From Vicugna vicugna (lineage: Eukaryota), in NCBI GenBank assembly GCA_013265495.1, contig MU057560.1, positions 248,001-312,000 of the forward strand: DNA of 64,000 nt. Reading direction: 5' to 3'. Positions within the stretch are counted from its first letter, which is position 1; every line of letters begins with the position of its first letter. Position numbers and translations under genes: made by a program. This document shows, piece after piece, positions 38,820-51,590 of this stretch. Under the pieces are notes generated by a model. It saw nothing but the letters and a program-made list of their open reading frames with translations. It searched no databases and was not told the origin of the DNA.

Positions 38820-41800
38820 CTAGCCAAGGTGAGGAAGAGACACTTGTCTAAAGTCACACCACTAACCCGTGGAGGGACCAGAGTTTCAATATAAATATTA
38901 CTTATGCCAAATTTATGGGCTTTTTTGTTTGTTTTTGGTTTTGTTTTTACCAAATCCTCCTGCTTCTAGGACGACTGTGGGATAGAATGCTCTTCTAAAG
39001 CTACCTTTCCTTTTTGCCCCTAAGAAGATAACCAATTTTCACTTATGAAGGTTTATTCCCCTAACGTCTTACTCATTAATTAGTGGGGCAACCCAAAGAA
39101 TGTAGCCACCACCACCACCACCACCAACAACAACAACAAGAACAAAAGAATGAAGCATCAGCAGAAATTAAGATGTTTTAAGAGATATTAAAAAGATGTC
39201 ACCAATGCCATGCAATGTGGGTGTGATTGCCAGTCCGTTGTCCCTGACCTTCTCTTGGGAGGCTGGCATCCTTGGAGACCTCCACCGGGCACAGTGGGGC
39301 TGGCTGGGCCCCCTGCTCTCTGGGGCCTCAGCTCCCACGCAGCCCACATACAGATGTGCAGATCTTTACACCAAACTTTTGTAAGGAATCTGATTCTCTC
39401 CCAAAGGCGAGACCTGGGAAAAAGACAATGGAGTCCCTTTTAATCGTGTCCTGAGAATAAGTTTGTAAAATTGGTATGAGACTTTCAACAAGATACACTT
39501 GCAGGGGGTGCAGCTACAGACACTAAGCTTATGAGTCACCTCTGAGAAGCCGGGAAAGCCCTTGTGTGTGGTATGACTTCTTCTCTTTCAGCAGCCATCT
39601 CCTGTCAAAGCCCACCTGGCAATTCAAGTCCTGAATGATTAAGGACAAAGACGTACATGGCCATATTCTGTGCCTATGTACAGCCTTTGTTGATTGGAAG
39701 TCTCAATTAATTACCAGATCAAAACTGGGCTGGGATTTGCTTTGTAAATTGCTAAACAGTTTAACTGGGAATGGAGAAACACTATATGACATTAAATGAC
39801 CTTCCTAAAAGCTTATTTCTCTCCCCACTGCTCATATTGGAATCAATTTCAGGAGTCATTTAAAATGAGCAGTTTATTAGCTTCCTAAATGCACTTACTG
39901 CATGCCAGATGTCCATCTCACACCAGTCTGCTGCCGGCTTTCAGTGACCCCCTCCATAGAGGCTACTGCCTTGGTTCCATCACCTGGGAAACTCGTGTCA
40001 CAGAGCAGTGTGGTTGGCAAGCTGGGTTCCAAGGAGAAAGGTGTGGGCAAAGGGGATGATGTCACAAGGCAGGGTTCCAGTGAAAACAGAATTAAACTTG
40101 TCCAGGTTGAATTGAGAAGCTCATTGTTTTCTCAGACCTCTGAGTGTGTTTCAGGCACTTGAAATGCCTTAGATTATATCCGAATTGATTGGAAATGAAT
40201 GCGCGTCATAGCCCACAACAGTGATGGGTCACTCTATAAGCAGGCCTACATCTTATTTTTTAAAAACATCTTATTATCCCAAAATATTCTGCATGATGGA
40301 TTTTCAACTATTTTGCTTTTTCCCTTTCACTTAAATGATGACGCCATCCTCCGTTCTCAGTGGCTCACTAAGAACAAAGTATAAGTCAATCATAAAATTT
40401 CTAAATTTGAACATGGTGTATTTTGACTAAAAGGCGTGGCTTAAATAGCACTTATGAACCAAGTATCTCAACTCTTTGATTCTTTAACTAATACAGCTAG
40501 CAACCTGTTTCACAGATTTCCATAAAACAAAAAAAAAAGTGATCAGTTTTTCCTTTACGCTGTCTTTTCTATGTGCAAATAGCAACATCTCTATTGTTCA
40601 AAACAGAGTCTAAAAATTCTAATTGACAATGACATAAAAATTCCCCAAATAATTTTTAAAATATGTATGCAACAGTGTAAAGAAAACTGAAACAAGTAAA
40701 ATGAATTATGGACAATAAAATATTTATTATAAACATACATTTAAATACATTGAAAAATACATGTAATTTTGGAGTAAATAATGAAATTCTTTATTGTACT
40801 CTATTTTGTTTTATTTCTATGATAAAACATGAATATTGTGAAATATGCATTTATTTTGTGGACGTACATAATAAAAGGGAGCATCAACAGAATGCGGAAT
40901 GATGAACACAAACGCACCATTTAAAATATCAAGTATTGTACCTGAATGCCTTTCTGATTTCTCACAAAGACATTTGCTTTCTGTCTGTAGGGTCTACAGA
41001 GTTGTCACAGTTAATGAGCAGTTAATGATCCTATTTTTCGTGGCTGTCGTGGGGTACAACTGAATTATATAGTGAACTGTAACAAGCACTGTTAGTTATG
41101 TCTAAATTCCATAGAGAAAGGGTTAAATTACTTTGTGGTTCCCTACACTGCCATGTGCACACAGTCAGAGTTTCTTAATGGTGATGATGAAAAACAGAGA
41201 CATTATTAAGACGTGGAAATTATTCAGAATAATTTGAATATTTTAAGTTTTGTTTGTTTGTTTGTTTTGAATTGGTGTCGAAATTCAGCCTAAAACTCTA
41301 GCTGTGCTGAGACAGGTGAAAGTGGTACTGCCTTCTCTTGGGGATGTTCTAGAGCCAGGAAGAAGCATTGAGCAGAACGGTGTAGAGGAAAGAGCGGTGT
41401 AAGCCGAAAAGGCCTAGAAAAGTCTAATGTATCTCCGGGAGGCTCTGCTTACTCATGTGCAGGATAGGGGCAGTGATGGGGTGGAGATGACACAGACACA
41501 GCACATGAAAATGACCCAGCTTTGTGCCTGGCGTCCAGTAGGTCCTCGGTAACGACAGTAACCTAGGATTTATAACTTAGGTGATCGATTTCTTGAATAT
41601 ATGTAAGCACATCTGACTGTCCTTTGTGATTGGATTACCATATTCTGTTGATTCTTACTTTGTGGTTGCCTTTATTCCTTTGATAACTATGAAAGTTTAA
41701 AAAGCTAAAGCTCTAATCTGTTCTTAGAAACAATGGTAAGTACATATATGTAAACTAAAAAAAATACAGTATATAAGTACATACGTGCAATATAATGTGT

Positions 41801-42000
41801 ATGTGCAGTCAAACTGTAATAATTCTACCTAATAAAACTGAAAAAGGAAAAAAAATTCATATCTAGGCCTCAGAAAAATCAAACATTTGTCTGCATTAGG
41901 GACTGTCAGGAAGACTGAACTGGGGATGTTTAATATGCCAAAGCCATGGGTTTTGTAGGCATATTTATTGAATAAATGAATGATGTAAGAAATTGCAGAA
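38820..42000 (+). repeat. Copy 2 of the 3.18-kb direct repeat, bounded by gaps on both sides
   Basis: Starts CTAGCCAAGGTGAGGAAG and ends GTAAGAAATTGCAGAA, the same last base as copy 1. Confidence 0.97.
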
Positions 42001-42348
42001 NNNNNNNNNNNNNNNNNNNNNNNNNNNNNNNNNNNNNNNNNNNNNNNNNNNNNNNNNNNNNNNNNNNNNNNNNNNNNNNNNNNNNNNNNNNNNNNNNNNN
42101 NNNNNNNNNNNNNNNNNNNNNNNNNNNNNNNNNNNNNNNNNNNNNNNNNNNNNNNNNNNNNNNNNNNNNNNNNNNNNNNNNNNNNNNNNNNNNNNNNNNN
42201 NNNNNNNNNNNNNNNNNNNNNNNNNNNNNNNNNNNNNNNNNNNNNNNNNNNNNNNNNNNNNNNNNNNNNNNNNNNNNNNNNNNNNNNNNNNNNNNNNNNN
42301 NNNNNNNNNNNNNNNNNNNNNNNNNNNNNNNNNNNNNNNNNNNNNNNN
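42001..42348. other. Assembly gap (348 N)
   Basis: Run of N. Confidence 0.99.
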
Positions 42349-42726
42349 GATATCACTTTATGTGGAATCAAAAAAAAAAAAAGAAAGAAAGAAAGAAAAA
42401 AAAGAGTGCACTAATGAACTGATTTACAAAACAGAAACAGACTCACAAACATTGTAAACAATTTACGGTTACCGGGGGAGAGGGGGTGGGAAGGGATAAA
42501 TGTGGGAGTTTGAGATTTGCAAATGTTAACCACTATGTATAAAAATCAATTAAAAAGCAAATTTCGTCTGTATAGCACAGGGAACTATATTCAATATCTT
42601 GTAATAACCTTTAATGAGAAAGAATGTGAAGACAAATATATGTGTGTGTATGCATGACTGGAACATTGTGCTGTGCACCAGAGATTGACACGTTGTAACT
42701 GATTGTACTGCAATTAAAAAAAAAAA
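42349..42726 (+). mobile_element. Camelid L1 3' end with poly(A); 5' part hidden in the gap
   Basis: GATATCACTTATGTGGAATC...ACAGAAACAGACTCACA...TAGCACAGGGAACTATATTCAATATCTTGTAATAACC...CAATT plus A-run. Confidence 0.9.
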
Positions 42727-43504
42727 GTGAAGATGTGAAGAAAATCTGAGAATAATCCTGTTTTATCCAGACTCACCCAGCCTCTTCCCCATCTGTGTTC
42801 TGAAGATGCCCAGGTTTAAGCATCCTTCTTAGATTCCTCACATACACTGTTGTCCCAAAGGTTGGGGACACTTTCACCGGAGAGTCCAGGCAGCTTCTGA
42901 GAGCTGGAACACGAAAATCATCACTACCACCCACCTCATCACCATCGTGGTCGTAAAGGACGTGGTGAATTTGTGGTTTACGTGTCCTCTGTAATCAATA
43001 AAAGTAAAGTCTACCTGGGTCAGTTTTCTGATTTTCCCAGCACTGCTATTTTCTCTTGAAATTAGGGTTTAGCCTCGTCAATGCTGCTGATGGAAGCTGG
43101 CTGATTTATTCTTGTATTTTCTCATGGGACGAACTTCAGAAGCTCAGCCGTCAGTGGTTAAGAATCTCCGTTCTTGGAAGCGAAATGGACGCTGATTATA
43201 AATCTCCGGGTGCTTCCCGACACTGTTAATTCAGGATGTGCTGACGCTGTCATCAGTAACATATAAAAATGAGACCTTCCCAAAGCAGAAGGCTGTTCTC
43301 ATGACCTGGGAAAGATGCGGGTGGGGAGTCGGACTGCGCTGGGGTATCATCATTTCACACCTCCATGCAGAAAATCCTGCGAGAAAGGCGCTTCCCCATT
43401 AGCTGCTGCTGAGGATTGTCTGTCTCCTGAGAGCAGCCTGGTGACAGTATTTTTTGCTGCGTTCAGAAGGAGCACCTGCAACTAAGGCCATGACTCTGAC
43501 AGGC

Positions 43505-44060
43505 TGGAATTGCGGGGCTAGTCGCTCACTCTGGAGCCCGCAACGGGGCATCTCGGAAGCCCCGAGGGAAGGTCTGGGGAGCAGCAGCCAGTGGCTCCTT
43601 ACACAAGAGCGGGCGGGGGTGGGCCGGAGGTCTGGGGGGCTTCGGCTTCCGCTCTGCGCTTCCTGGGTCCTTCTGCTCCCCGACTGCTGCAGATTCGAAG
43701 CGAAGAGTGTTCTCCGGAGGCGAGGCTGAGCCTCTGTGCCAGCTGCCTGCGGTTCAGACGGCTGCCTGCCTTCCAGCAGCCGCAGGCACCGCCTGGCGCT
43801 CCCGGCTTCCACGGGGAAGGAGAGGCGGGGGCCCGGCGTTCCTGCTGCCATCGCACAGATGTGACGCGGCGGAGGACCAGGGGGAAGGTGCACGGGCGCA
43901 GAGGGGCGGAGCTGCAGGGGCAGGTGGAGGGGGACGCTGCCCAGAAGGACGTTACTGGAAAGGACCTGAGACCTTCTTCCTCAGGTCTTTGGCTCAGAGT
44001 ACAAGATGGGGGCCTGGGGTCCCCCCTTACCCGGCCCTCCGTGCACTTACACAAGCCCGC
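43505..44060. promoter_or_regulatory. GC/CpG-rich island (weak CGI)
   Basis: About 550 bp of high GC with frequent CpG and GC-box-like GGGGCGGAG. Confidence 0.5.
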
Positions 44061-44249
44061 ACTGAAACAGGACTGCTTTTCAACCTTAGTGCAGGAGTAG
44101 TTCTTGCAGATTTTGTTTTGAAAGGTGTTTTTTCCTCTCTTATCTGCTTCAGAAGCATCTCTTCTACTTGTGCCTCTGCTTCCTGAAGCCTCTCATGATC
44201 CCCAGACTCCTTGCTCTCTTCTGCCTCCCATCTGATGCACAGGATGGGG

Positions 44250-44497
44250 GTGGAGTCAGGAGACAGGAGGGATCACATCTATGTGTCACTCCCACCTCCC
44301 TCATGTACTTGCTTTGTGACCTTCAGCCAATTACTCAACTTCTCTGTGTCTCCGTTTCTGCAGCCATAATTGGGGCTAATAGCATCGCTTACCTCAATGA
44401 CCTGCCATGAGGATTACATGAGTTAGTATTTATAAAGCGACTTAGAGCAGGCCTGGCACGTGGTCAGGGTGGTATAATGCTTTGCTTTTATTAGTAG
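44250..44497 (+). mobile_element. MIR SINE
   Basis: TGTGACCTTCAGCCAATTACTCAACTTCTCTGTGTCTCCGTTTC...GAGGATTACATGAGTTAGTATTTATAAAGCGACTTAGAGCAGGCCTGGCAC. Confidence 0.85.
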
Positions 44498-45049
44498 TTT
44501 TGAAGCTGAACATAGCTAAGGTGAGTGAAGACTAGCACCCATCTCTCTACTGAGGTCTTAGAATTAAATCCTCCATCTGCTTCAGCACGGAACCCTTGCA
44601 CCCCGTCACTGCCACTGTCCAGCCCACTGAGCTGTCTCTGCTCCCAGCACTCCTGTGAGTTAGGGTCCCGGGAACAACCCTGGGGTCTGTGATGCTGAAT
44701 AAGACCCTCTCTTGCTGTTTCTCCTGAGCCCTGTGTCTGCCCAGGTATAACAGGTAAGCTTCTGCCTGGAGCTTCTCCCAAGTGCTCATGGACTGTCCAG
44801 GCTCATTCTGGAGGAGAAGACATCCTGAGGATTTCAGCCCAGCGCGGGTCCTACTGCCTTTTCTTGTTTGGGTCAGACTTCCCACCAAAACAATGAGTGA
44901 AGTCTTGACCAGAGTCATTGGCCAACACATTTATGCTCATGGAAAAATTACACACACACACATATACATGAATCTCATGATCAACATATCATTGCTAAGT
45001 AAAATAATTAATACATAAATGTCACTAAAATGAGGTTTTCAATTTTTAA

Positions 45050-45270
45050 TTGAGTAGGAAGATGCTAATAGTATAATTTTAAGTGAAAAAGACAAGACAT
45101 AAAATAGTATATATAGCATGGTTTTATGTACACGTATTTAGATGAAAGGAAAAAACAAATACTTATATGGTGGTAAGGTTATCAGCCATTTTTGAATTCT
45201 TTATACTTTCCTATATTTTTCAAAAAGTTTATAATGAATGTGTAGTACTTCCATAAGCTGAGACAAAAAA
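45050..45270 (+). mobile_element. Ancient L1ME-like 3' end
   Basis: TTAAGTGAAAAGACAAGACATAAAATAGTATATATAGCATG...TTTATAATGAATGTGTAGTACTT. Confidence 0.5.
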
Positions 45271-47722
45271 GCAATTAACAGCACTATTGTTAGAAAACTA
45301 GAGTAAGAAGCATTTACTCCACCCCCTGAGTGTTGTCATAATCCATATTCCCCGCTCATCACACAGGAGGCCGTCTAACCCTGATGTTGGAGGAGCCTTT
45401 GAAGAACCGTGACGGAAGCTCGGAGGATTTGTTGCAATGATTCTCGGGGTCCCCGACTGTGAAATGAGGGTGCTGGGGGCTCCAGTTTCCTCCCTAGTGC
45501 TAACACTTTATAAAACTTAAATTAACACATGTTTCTAATGAATTTGGTGACCTTGACGGGAGAATGAGGGGATAGAGTCTTGACAACAGAATGGTCAGCC
45601 TCCTGCGAGATTTCCAAGTGTGTGTCTTAATGTTCTTCCTGTTTATCCTTCCAAGCACTCTCTTTCTCCACTGGCGAGTCTCACTCTGGGTGCTGTGATT
45701 TCCCATGTTCTCAGTTTATCCCTGAATCCTTCAGCTCCAGGTTGGAGGACCTCCACCCTGAGCCAAATTAGAAGTTGCGGCCAGCCCAGTGTCTTGGGGT
45801 GATCTGGCCGGTGACCCGGAGTGACACAGCACATCCCAGTGGTGCTCAGACAGAGCCCCTGTGCAGTCATGAGCTTTGGGGTGATGACAACGCTGTGTGT
45901 GTAGTCACACCTACAGGACGCCGATGGAGCCATGTCCTCAATGACGCAGTTTACTATATTTTGGAATGAGCTTTCTCTAAATCCCCACTGAACTCAGCAT
46001 GGAGGATAAAGTCATTTAAAAAGGCTTGGGTTACACTTTTCTGATGTTGCTGATACACACTGCAAAACAGTCATCTTTAGGTAATAAACAATCAAAAACG
46101 CAAATTTTGAAAAAAAATGCAAATGGTGGAAAAGTGCACATGAGGACCGTGCTTTGCCCTTTGACTTCTGGGATTATGGGCAGCTCAGAGTTGGAAGGGA
46201 CAGGTGTGACCTAGTTCATCTCTCCTCCCCTCTCGTGATGTCTTCCGCCCCTGCCAAACCTTACCCCGACTCCGGCCTTGGGACCAGCCAGTTAGCACTT
46301 GACGGCTTGTCTTGACACCTTTTTTGGTTTATACGTGGCCTCATGTTATGAATTTCATGACAGAAAACTTTCTGAAGCCAGACGCAGAGTGTGGAGTGCT
46401 CATCGGAGCACCCAGCCCGGCTGGGTGGGTGACAGGGAAGGAGAGAGCCCGGCTGACGTGGAGTCCAATGTGGAGAAGCATCGGGCCGGTCAGTTTCCAT
46501 CACGAGCTGCCCGGGTCCGCAGTGTGAGGTCCTTAGGACCGGAGCAGGGTGCGCTCGTGCCGAGGTCCCTGCTGTGGGTGAGGGACCCCTTGCATGGTGC
46601 TCCTGCCTGCGGCTTCCTTCCTGCTGGTACGGGGGGCACACCAAGGGATCCCTGCGTGGCACTCAGGGAAGTACAATCCAGAAGGGAGGGGCGTGCAGAC
46701 ACCAAGTGGATGAACCTTTCCTTCTTTCTGCCCGCAGATGGGTGGTCCTGAGACGCGCTGCATGCCGCTTCAGGGTCCCGTGGCATCAAGCCCCAGCTTG
46801 CACCCAGCAGCTTCTAGGTAATAGCACACCCTCGTTTTCACTCCTCTTCCTCACTGCTCTCCTCTCTTCCTTCGTCTTGCTCCCCAACATCATGCTGCCT
46901 TTCCCCCAGACGCTGTTCTCCCAGACTCTGATTCCAGGGAAGCCCCGTATGGCACCAGCTCGGAGCCAGCCAGGTGCCACGAGGAGGTCGGTAGCGCTCT
47001 GAGAGACTTGGAAGCAGAAACCCAAGGAGTGCAGAGGGCCTGGAGATCCTGTGCCTGGAGCTCTGTCTGGTGTAAATAAACGTACAGTGCTTACTTATTT
47101 ATGGAGTGAATGCAAGAATGAGTGAATGGATGAATAAATCAACCAGATGGTCAAAGCAGGTCGAAGTTGAGAATTGCAAAAGGGGAGCAAAAACAACAGC
47201 CAGCACCAAGGTGGCTCCTGACGGCCAGCTGGGCTTATTAAAGCGTCTTTAGTCCTGACTGAGCACCTGTGGGCACACACATTGCCTGGGTCTCAACGCC
47301 ATGGAGGGTGCATTTTTACATTTGTGAGTCTCCCAGGGTCTCCGTGGTTCTATACAAATAAGAGCTTTAATCCATGTATTTGACCCAGTTCTCTGTTTAA
47401 TGTACATTTCTCAGTGCCTGCTACGTTCCACATGTGATTCCAAAACACACTCCAGCACGTGTGCTTCCCCTCACACACACGCACACAGACACAGTGAGGC
47501 TGGTGTGGGGGCCAAGCCTACAGACTTCAGAGCCGCCTTTCCCACTCCAGCGCTTCCTCAGGGCTTTCTGCCTCCATCCTCCTGGCCCTCATTCCTTCAG
47601 CACCCCCTTACCCCTTGGAGCTGGACGGTATCTGAGTATCCACGCCCTGGTCCCAACCTCCTGCCCCAGCAGCTAGGTCCTTACGTCCCTGAGATGGTGT
47701 CACCTGGGAGGATCCTTCAGGC

Positions 47723-47902
47723 CAGGGCTGTCCACCAGGGCTGTCTGCAGTGATGGAGATGCTCCAATCTGCACTTTCCAAAATCGTCACGAGCCACATG
47801 TGGCCAGTGTGACAAGAAAACCAAATTTTCAGTATTATTCAATTTTCCTTCATTTACATTTAAAAGCACATGACAAGCCAACCTATTGTGCTGGACCCCA
47901 CA
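47723..47902 (+). mobile_element. MER3 (hAT-Charlie) DNA transposon
   Basis: CAGGGCTGTCCA...TGATGGAGATG...GAGCCACATGTGGCCAGTGTGAC, AT-rich core, ...GTGCTGGAC; matches recalled MER3 with a small deletion. Confidence 0.75.
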
Positions 47903-49974
47903 GCCCGACCACTCTCAGAGTCACAGTCACGCGTCAGCATTTTACCCGCCTTGCCTTCCATCTTCCCCTGGAGCAGCCCCGTCCTGCTCCCCGTACCCAA
48001 GCCCTGATACTACCTTGCGTGGCTTTAAAAGAACCCCAAACAGTAGACAAGTCTGGGAGAATCTGCAAGAGTTTGGGTAAAGGGCGAGGAAAGCAGACGG
48101 TGGGGGAGGAGCCGGGAAGGGCTGAAGGGGCGGACAGACACCTGCAAATGCCTGCGGACGACAGGAAAAGTGCTTTGCATTCTGTTCCATAGACGAATGA
48201 AAGACGCGGGAATCCGAGGGACTCACAGGATGAGGGACTCACTGAGCGAAGGCAGGTTTGCGTGAATCAAAGGGCTTGGCTGGGCTCAGTGGAAGCCGCT
48301 GGGTGAGTGAGGACTGGGATTTTGAAGGAGCTGAAGTGAGCGGGGGGCGGGGGGGGGGCGGGGAGAACCCCCGGGAAGGCCAGTGCGTCAGGGCTACACC
48401 TGGGCAGGTGTCAAGGTGTCAGAAAAGCTCTGCCTTGCTCTCCTCACCAGACCGTGGAGTTTGCAAATCACACGCCGCCTGTCTGGCAAGTTGCCACCTC
48501 AGACCAGGCTGGCGGTGTGATACATGTTTTCATCACTTCCTGTCAATGAAAGATGTTGCGCGGAAGCACCGGGCAGGATTCCTGCGGAAGGCGGTCCGTG
48601 TGCCTCCGCAGCGCGCACATCCCCAGGGGCAGGTGACGTCGCTTAGCCCCATTGCAAGTAGAGCCGATCAGAGAACGGATGCAAAGAACAGGGAACTCAC
48701 TGATTCAAAGTCTAAGCAAGAGAAAAGTGATGGCAGGAGGCAGCCATGTTGCTAAGTTCAAATGCACCGTGTCAGGTCCGGGAAGAGCGCAGCGAGGAGA
48801 ATTTAAGAAGTCAACGAGTGACATCGCGGCACTGAGGACGCAGCACCGCGATGAGTGCCCCTGAGCACACACGCAGACGTCCTTCCTCAAAGTCACTGTC
48901 CAGTGCAGCGGGACAGCGTGGAGACCAGCAGGACCCCTGGGCCGCCCTAAGCCCCGGAGGTTCTCCTCCCAGGCCAGAGAAAGCCTCTCCGACTGTGTGA
49001 CAAGCTTCGGTTGGGTGCGTTCACAATTCTGCAAAGGGAAGTCGTTAATACAGAATTTAGTTTCCTGCCAGCAGATGTCCTTCTCCATCCAATCAAAGGC
49101 GGAAGAACCAGGCTGACTCTATTTTGTGTTTTGCCTTTTCAGAGTCTTGATTCTTTCAGGGGCCTCGAGGACGTGGGGGCCTGGCTCATTGCCAAAGCAG
49201 CTGCCAAGCCTCTCTCTCCTCGGCTTGGGTGCTGCTCCCTCCTTGGCCGCCAGGCTTCATGATGTCCATCTGACATGGCAGAGCTGGCTGGGGGCCACCG
49301 GGGAGGAGGTGGGCACGTGCCCAAGGGAGAGGGGCCTGCAGCTGCCACTCTTAGCGCCTGAGAGTGGGGCTGGGGGCTGGTGGTTCCCCTGCCTGCCGCT
49401 GGGATGTGGGTATGTGTGGATCTGGTCATCTTAAATCTCTGAGATTTCATCACTGAGGATGAGTGTGCTCCAGCCAGCATGCAGAAGACGTGATGCTGGA
49501 CCGAAAAGGCAGATGGGGGCTGCTGGCCCCGGGCACCCAACACCCGCGGTTGGAGGCTGGGCTGGTTAGATGTGAGGCCCATTTGTGTGATGAATGGCCT
49601 GGCAGAAGAAGCTGATGGGAAAACTCCCCCTGGCTTGGCGTGGCTCTCCCCTGCTCGCAAATGAAATACAGCAGTCAGACCTCATCGCAAATCACACGGA
49701 GGGCTGATTCACATCTGGGGAGGTGAACTGCCGAAGGATACTGTCATTCACATCGGTGAATTCTTTTTTAACCCAAGAATTTTTGTTTGATACCAAACCT
49801 TTTTTAGGTTAATCTGAACCCCAAGAAAAATGTAGTTAGGAGAGAAAATTCTGTATCTTCCACCCAGGAGAGCGTGCGAGTGGGTCGCACCCGGGGAAGG
49901 CTAGAACAAAGCAGGCGGGGTGGGGCGGGGGGTGGGGGCAGGGTGCGCGGGAGTTAGAAGGAGGAAAAATACAA

Positions 49975-50200
49975 GTAACCAATCCTGAGTACCTACTACG
50001 TGCCCAGCACTGTACCTGCAACTTCATACATCCCATTTCCTTCCCAGCTCCCTAACGTCCTTTCAGATTGCTACCGTTATCCCTGTCCTGCAGATTCGGA
50101 AGCTGAGGCTAAGATGCCACATACATTAGAAAACCTAACAGTGCTCGTAAGTGATGGATATAATGTTCCAACAAATCTGTCTGAATCTATGTCCTAAAAG
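49975..50200 (-). mobile_element. MIR SINE
   Basis: TGAGTACCTACTACGTGCCCAGCACTGT...GCAGATTCGGAAGCTGAGGCT. Confidence 0.7.
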
Positions 50201-50219
50201 TAAAGAACATGATGTTCAG

Positions 50220-50470
50220 CCCCAGGCTTGGAACATGCCTCCTCCAATTTTTTGATTATTTAGTCTCCAGCATCCTTCAAATCTCAGCCCACATGTCACC
50301 TCCTCAGAAAGGGCTTCCACAGACCCCCGGACACACTCTTCGTTATCCTCCTGGCTGTGGTGTAAGTAATTTGTTCAGTGTTTACTGGTGACTATATCTT
50401 TTTGATTATTATATTCTTATCATCATTATATTCAAGCATTTCATGAATGAATGCATGAATGAATGAATGG
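50220..50470 (+). mobile_element. L2 LINE 3' end
   Basis: CATCCTTCAAATCTCAGCCCACATGTCACCTCCTCAGAAAGGGCTTCC and terminal (TGAA)n. Confidence 0.7.
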
Positions 50471-51359
50471 CTTCGATGTAGCATCACTGAACTGAAGTCC
50501 ATATTTTACCTTAATAGTGGCCCTGTGTATTTTCAGAACCGGTTATGACTCTTAAAGGAGGCAACTTTGGCTTTTACTTCTGTCCTGGTAAGATGGAATC
50601 CAGCAGTGACGTGGCCCGGACATCTCGCCCAAAATACCTGATGCACACGCCGACCATTAGACCCTCACTGGGCTGAATCCTCATCCATCTTCACTCCTAA
50701 CTGGGCATCAAGTCATACAGGCTCACTTATTAGTAATAAACACCCAAAGTATTAAATATGTAGTCGGACATCTATTATATTATTTACATAATAGAACTGG
50801 GGTGGGCATAAATGTTAATAAACAGCAATGCAATATTATTAGTGATCACTTAGACTTGCAAAATGATAAATTATGCAGGCGCCTCTAAATTCTTGAATGC
50901 AATAGTATATGAGATGGAAACTATCAAGGGTATATTTTATTCATTGGAGACTCTCAACATTTATACTTTTGATAGATCCAATCACCTTACTCTGACTTTG
51001 TGATTAAAGCAGGCTTCGTGTGAGATAGATTCAGGTTGACTCTGCAGATTGCTGGGAACACCAGGAGTTTCCGCAGAATGTTCCAACTCCACTGTGTTCA
51101 GAGAACACTTGCTTTGAAATGTATGTGAATCCAACTTCCAGGGCTTCTCAGGGGCACTGAACTGGAGCTCTCACTTGCCAATGGTACAATGGGAGTTGGC
51201 CAGCTGACCACAGCATATGTCCCAGTGACTCCGCAATCTGGAAATTCATTTTCAGGTCACAGAACAATCTTACAGGGCTCTGTTCTCAAAGTTAAACTTC
51301 GTTATTTAGCGCCATAGGATGCATTTCTCAGACTGAAAGTTTGGAGAGGAAGTATCCGG

Positions 51360-51590
51360 TGGTTTTTAAGCACTGACTACCGACTATATATTTTTGCTTC
51401 TTGTTTTCTTTAATCTTTTCAACGACCCTGCGATACAAGCGCTATTACACGCTCTAACCCTCATACTAAAGCTAGACACACACGCTTAGAGTCATCAGGA
51501 AGCTTGTCCAAGATCCAGAGAAGTGGCAAAGTCGAGATTTGAACCCAGATTCAGCTTAGATCAAAATTTATATTCTTTTCATTACATCCT
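51360..51590 (-). mobile_element. MIR SINE
   Basis: TTAAGCACTGACTAC...CTTGTCCAAGATCCAGAGAAGTGGCAAAGTCGAGATTTGAACCCAG. Confidence 0.6.

Noticed and set aside
38315..42457. Long ORFs of 114-212 aa around the gaps
   Set aside because: They are long only because they run through N-gaps.
43399..44186. Overlapping 150-170 aa ORFs on both strands
   Set aside because: Explained by stop-codon scarcity in GC-rich DNA; no recognisable domain or exon structure.
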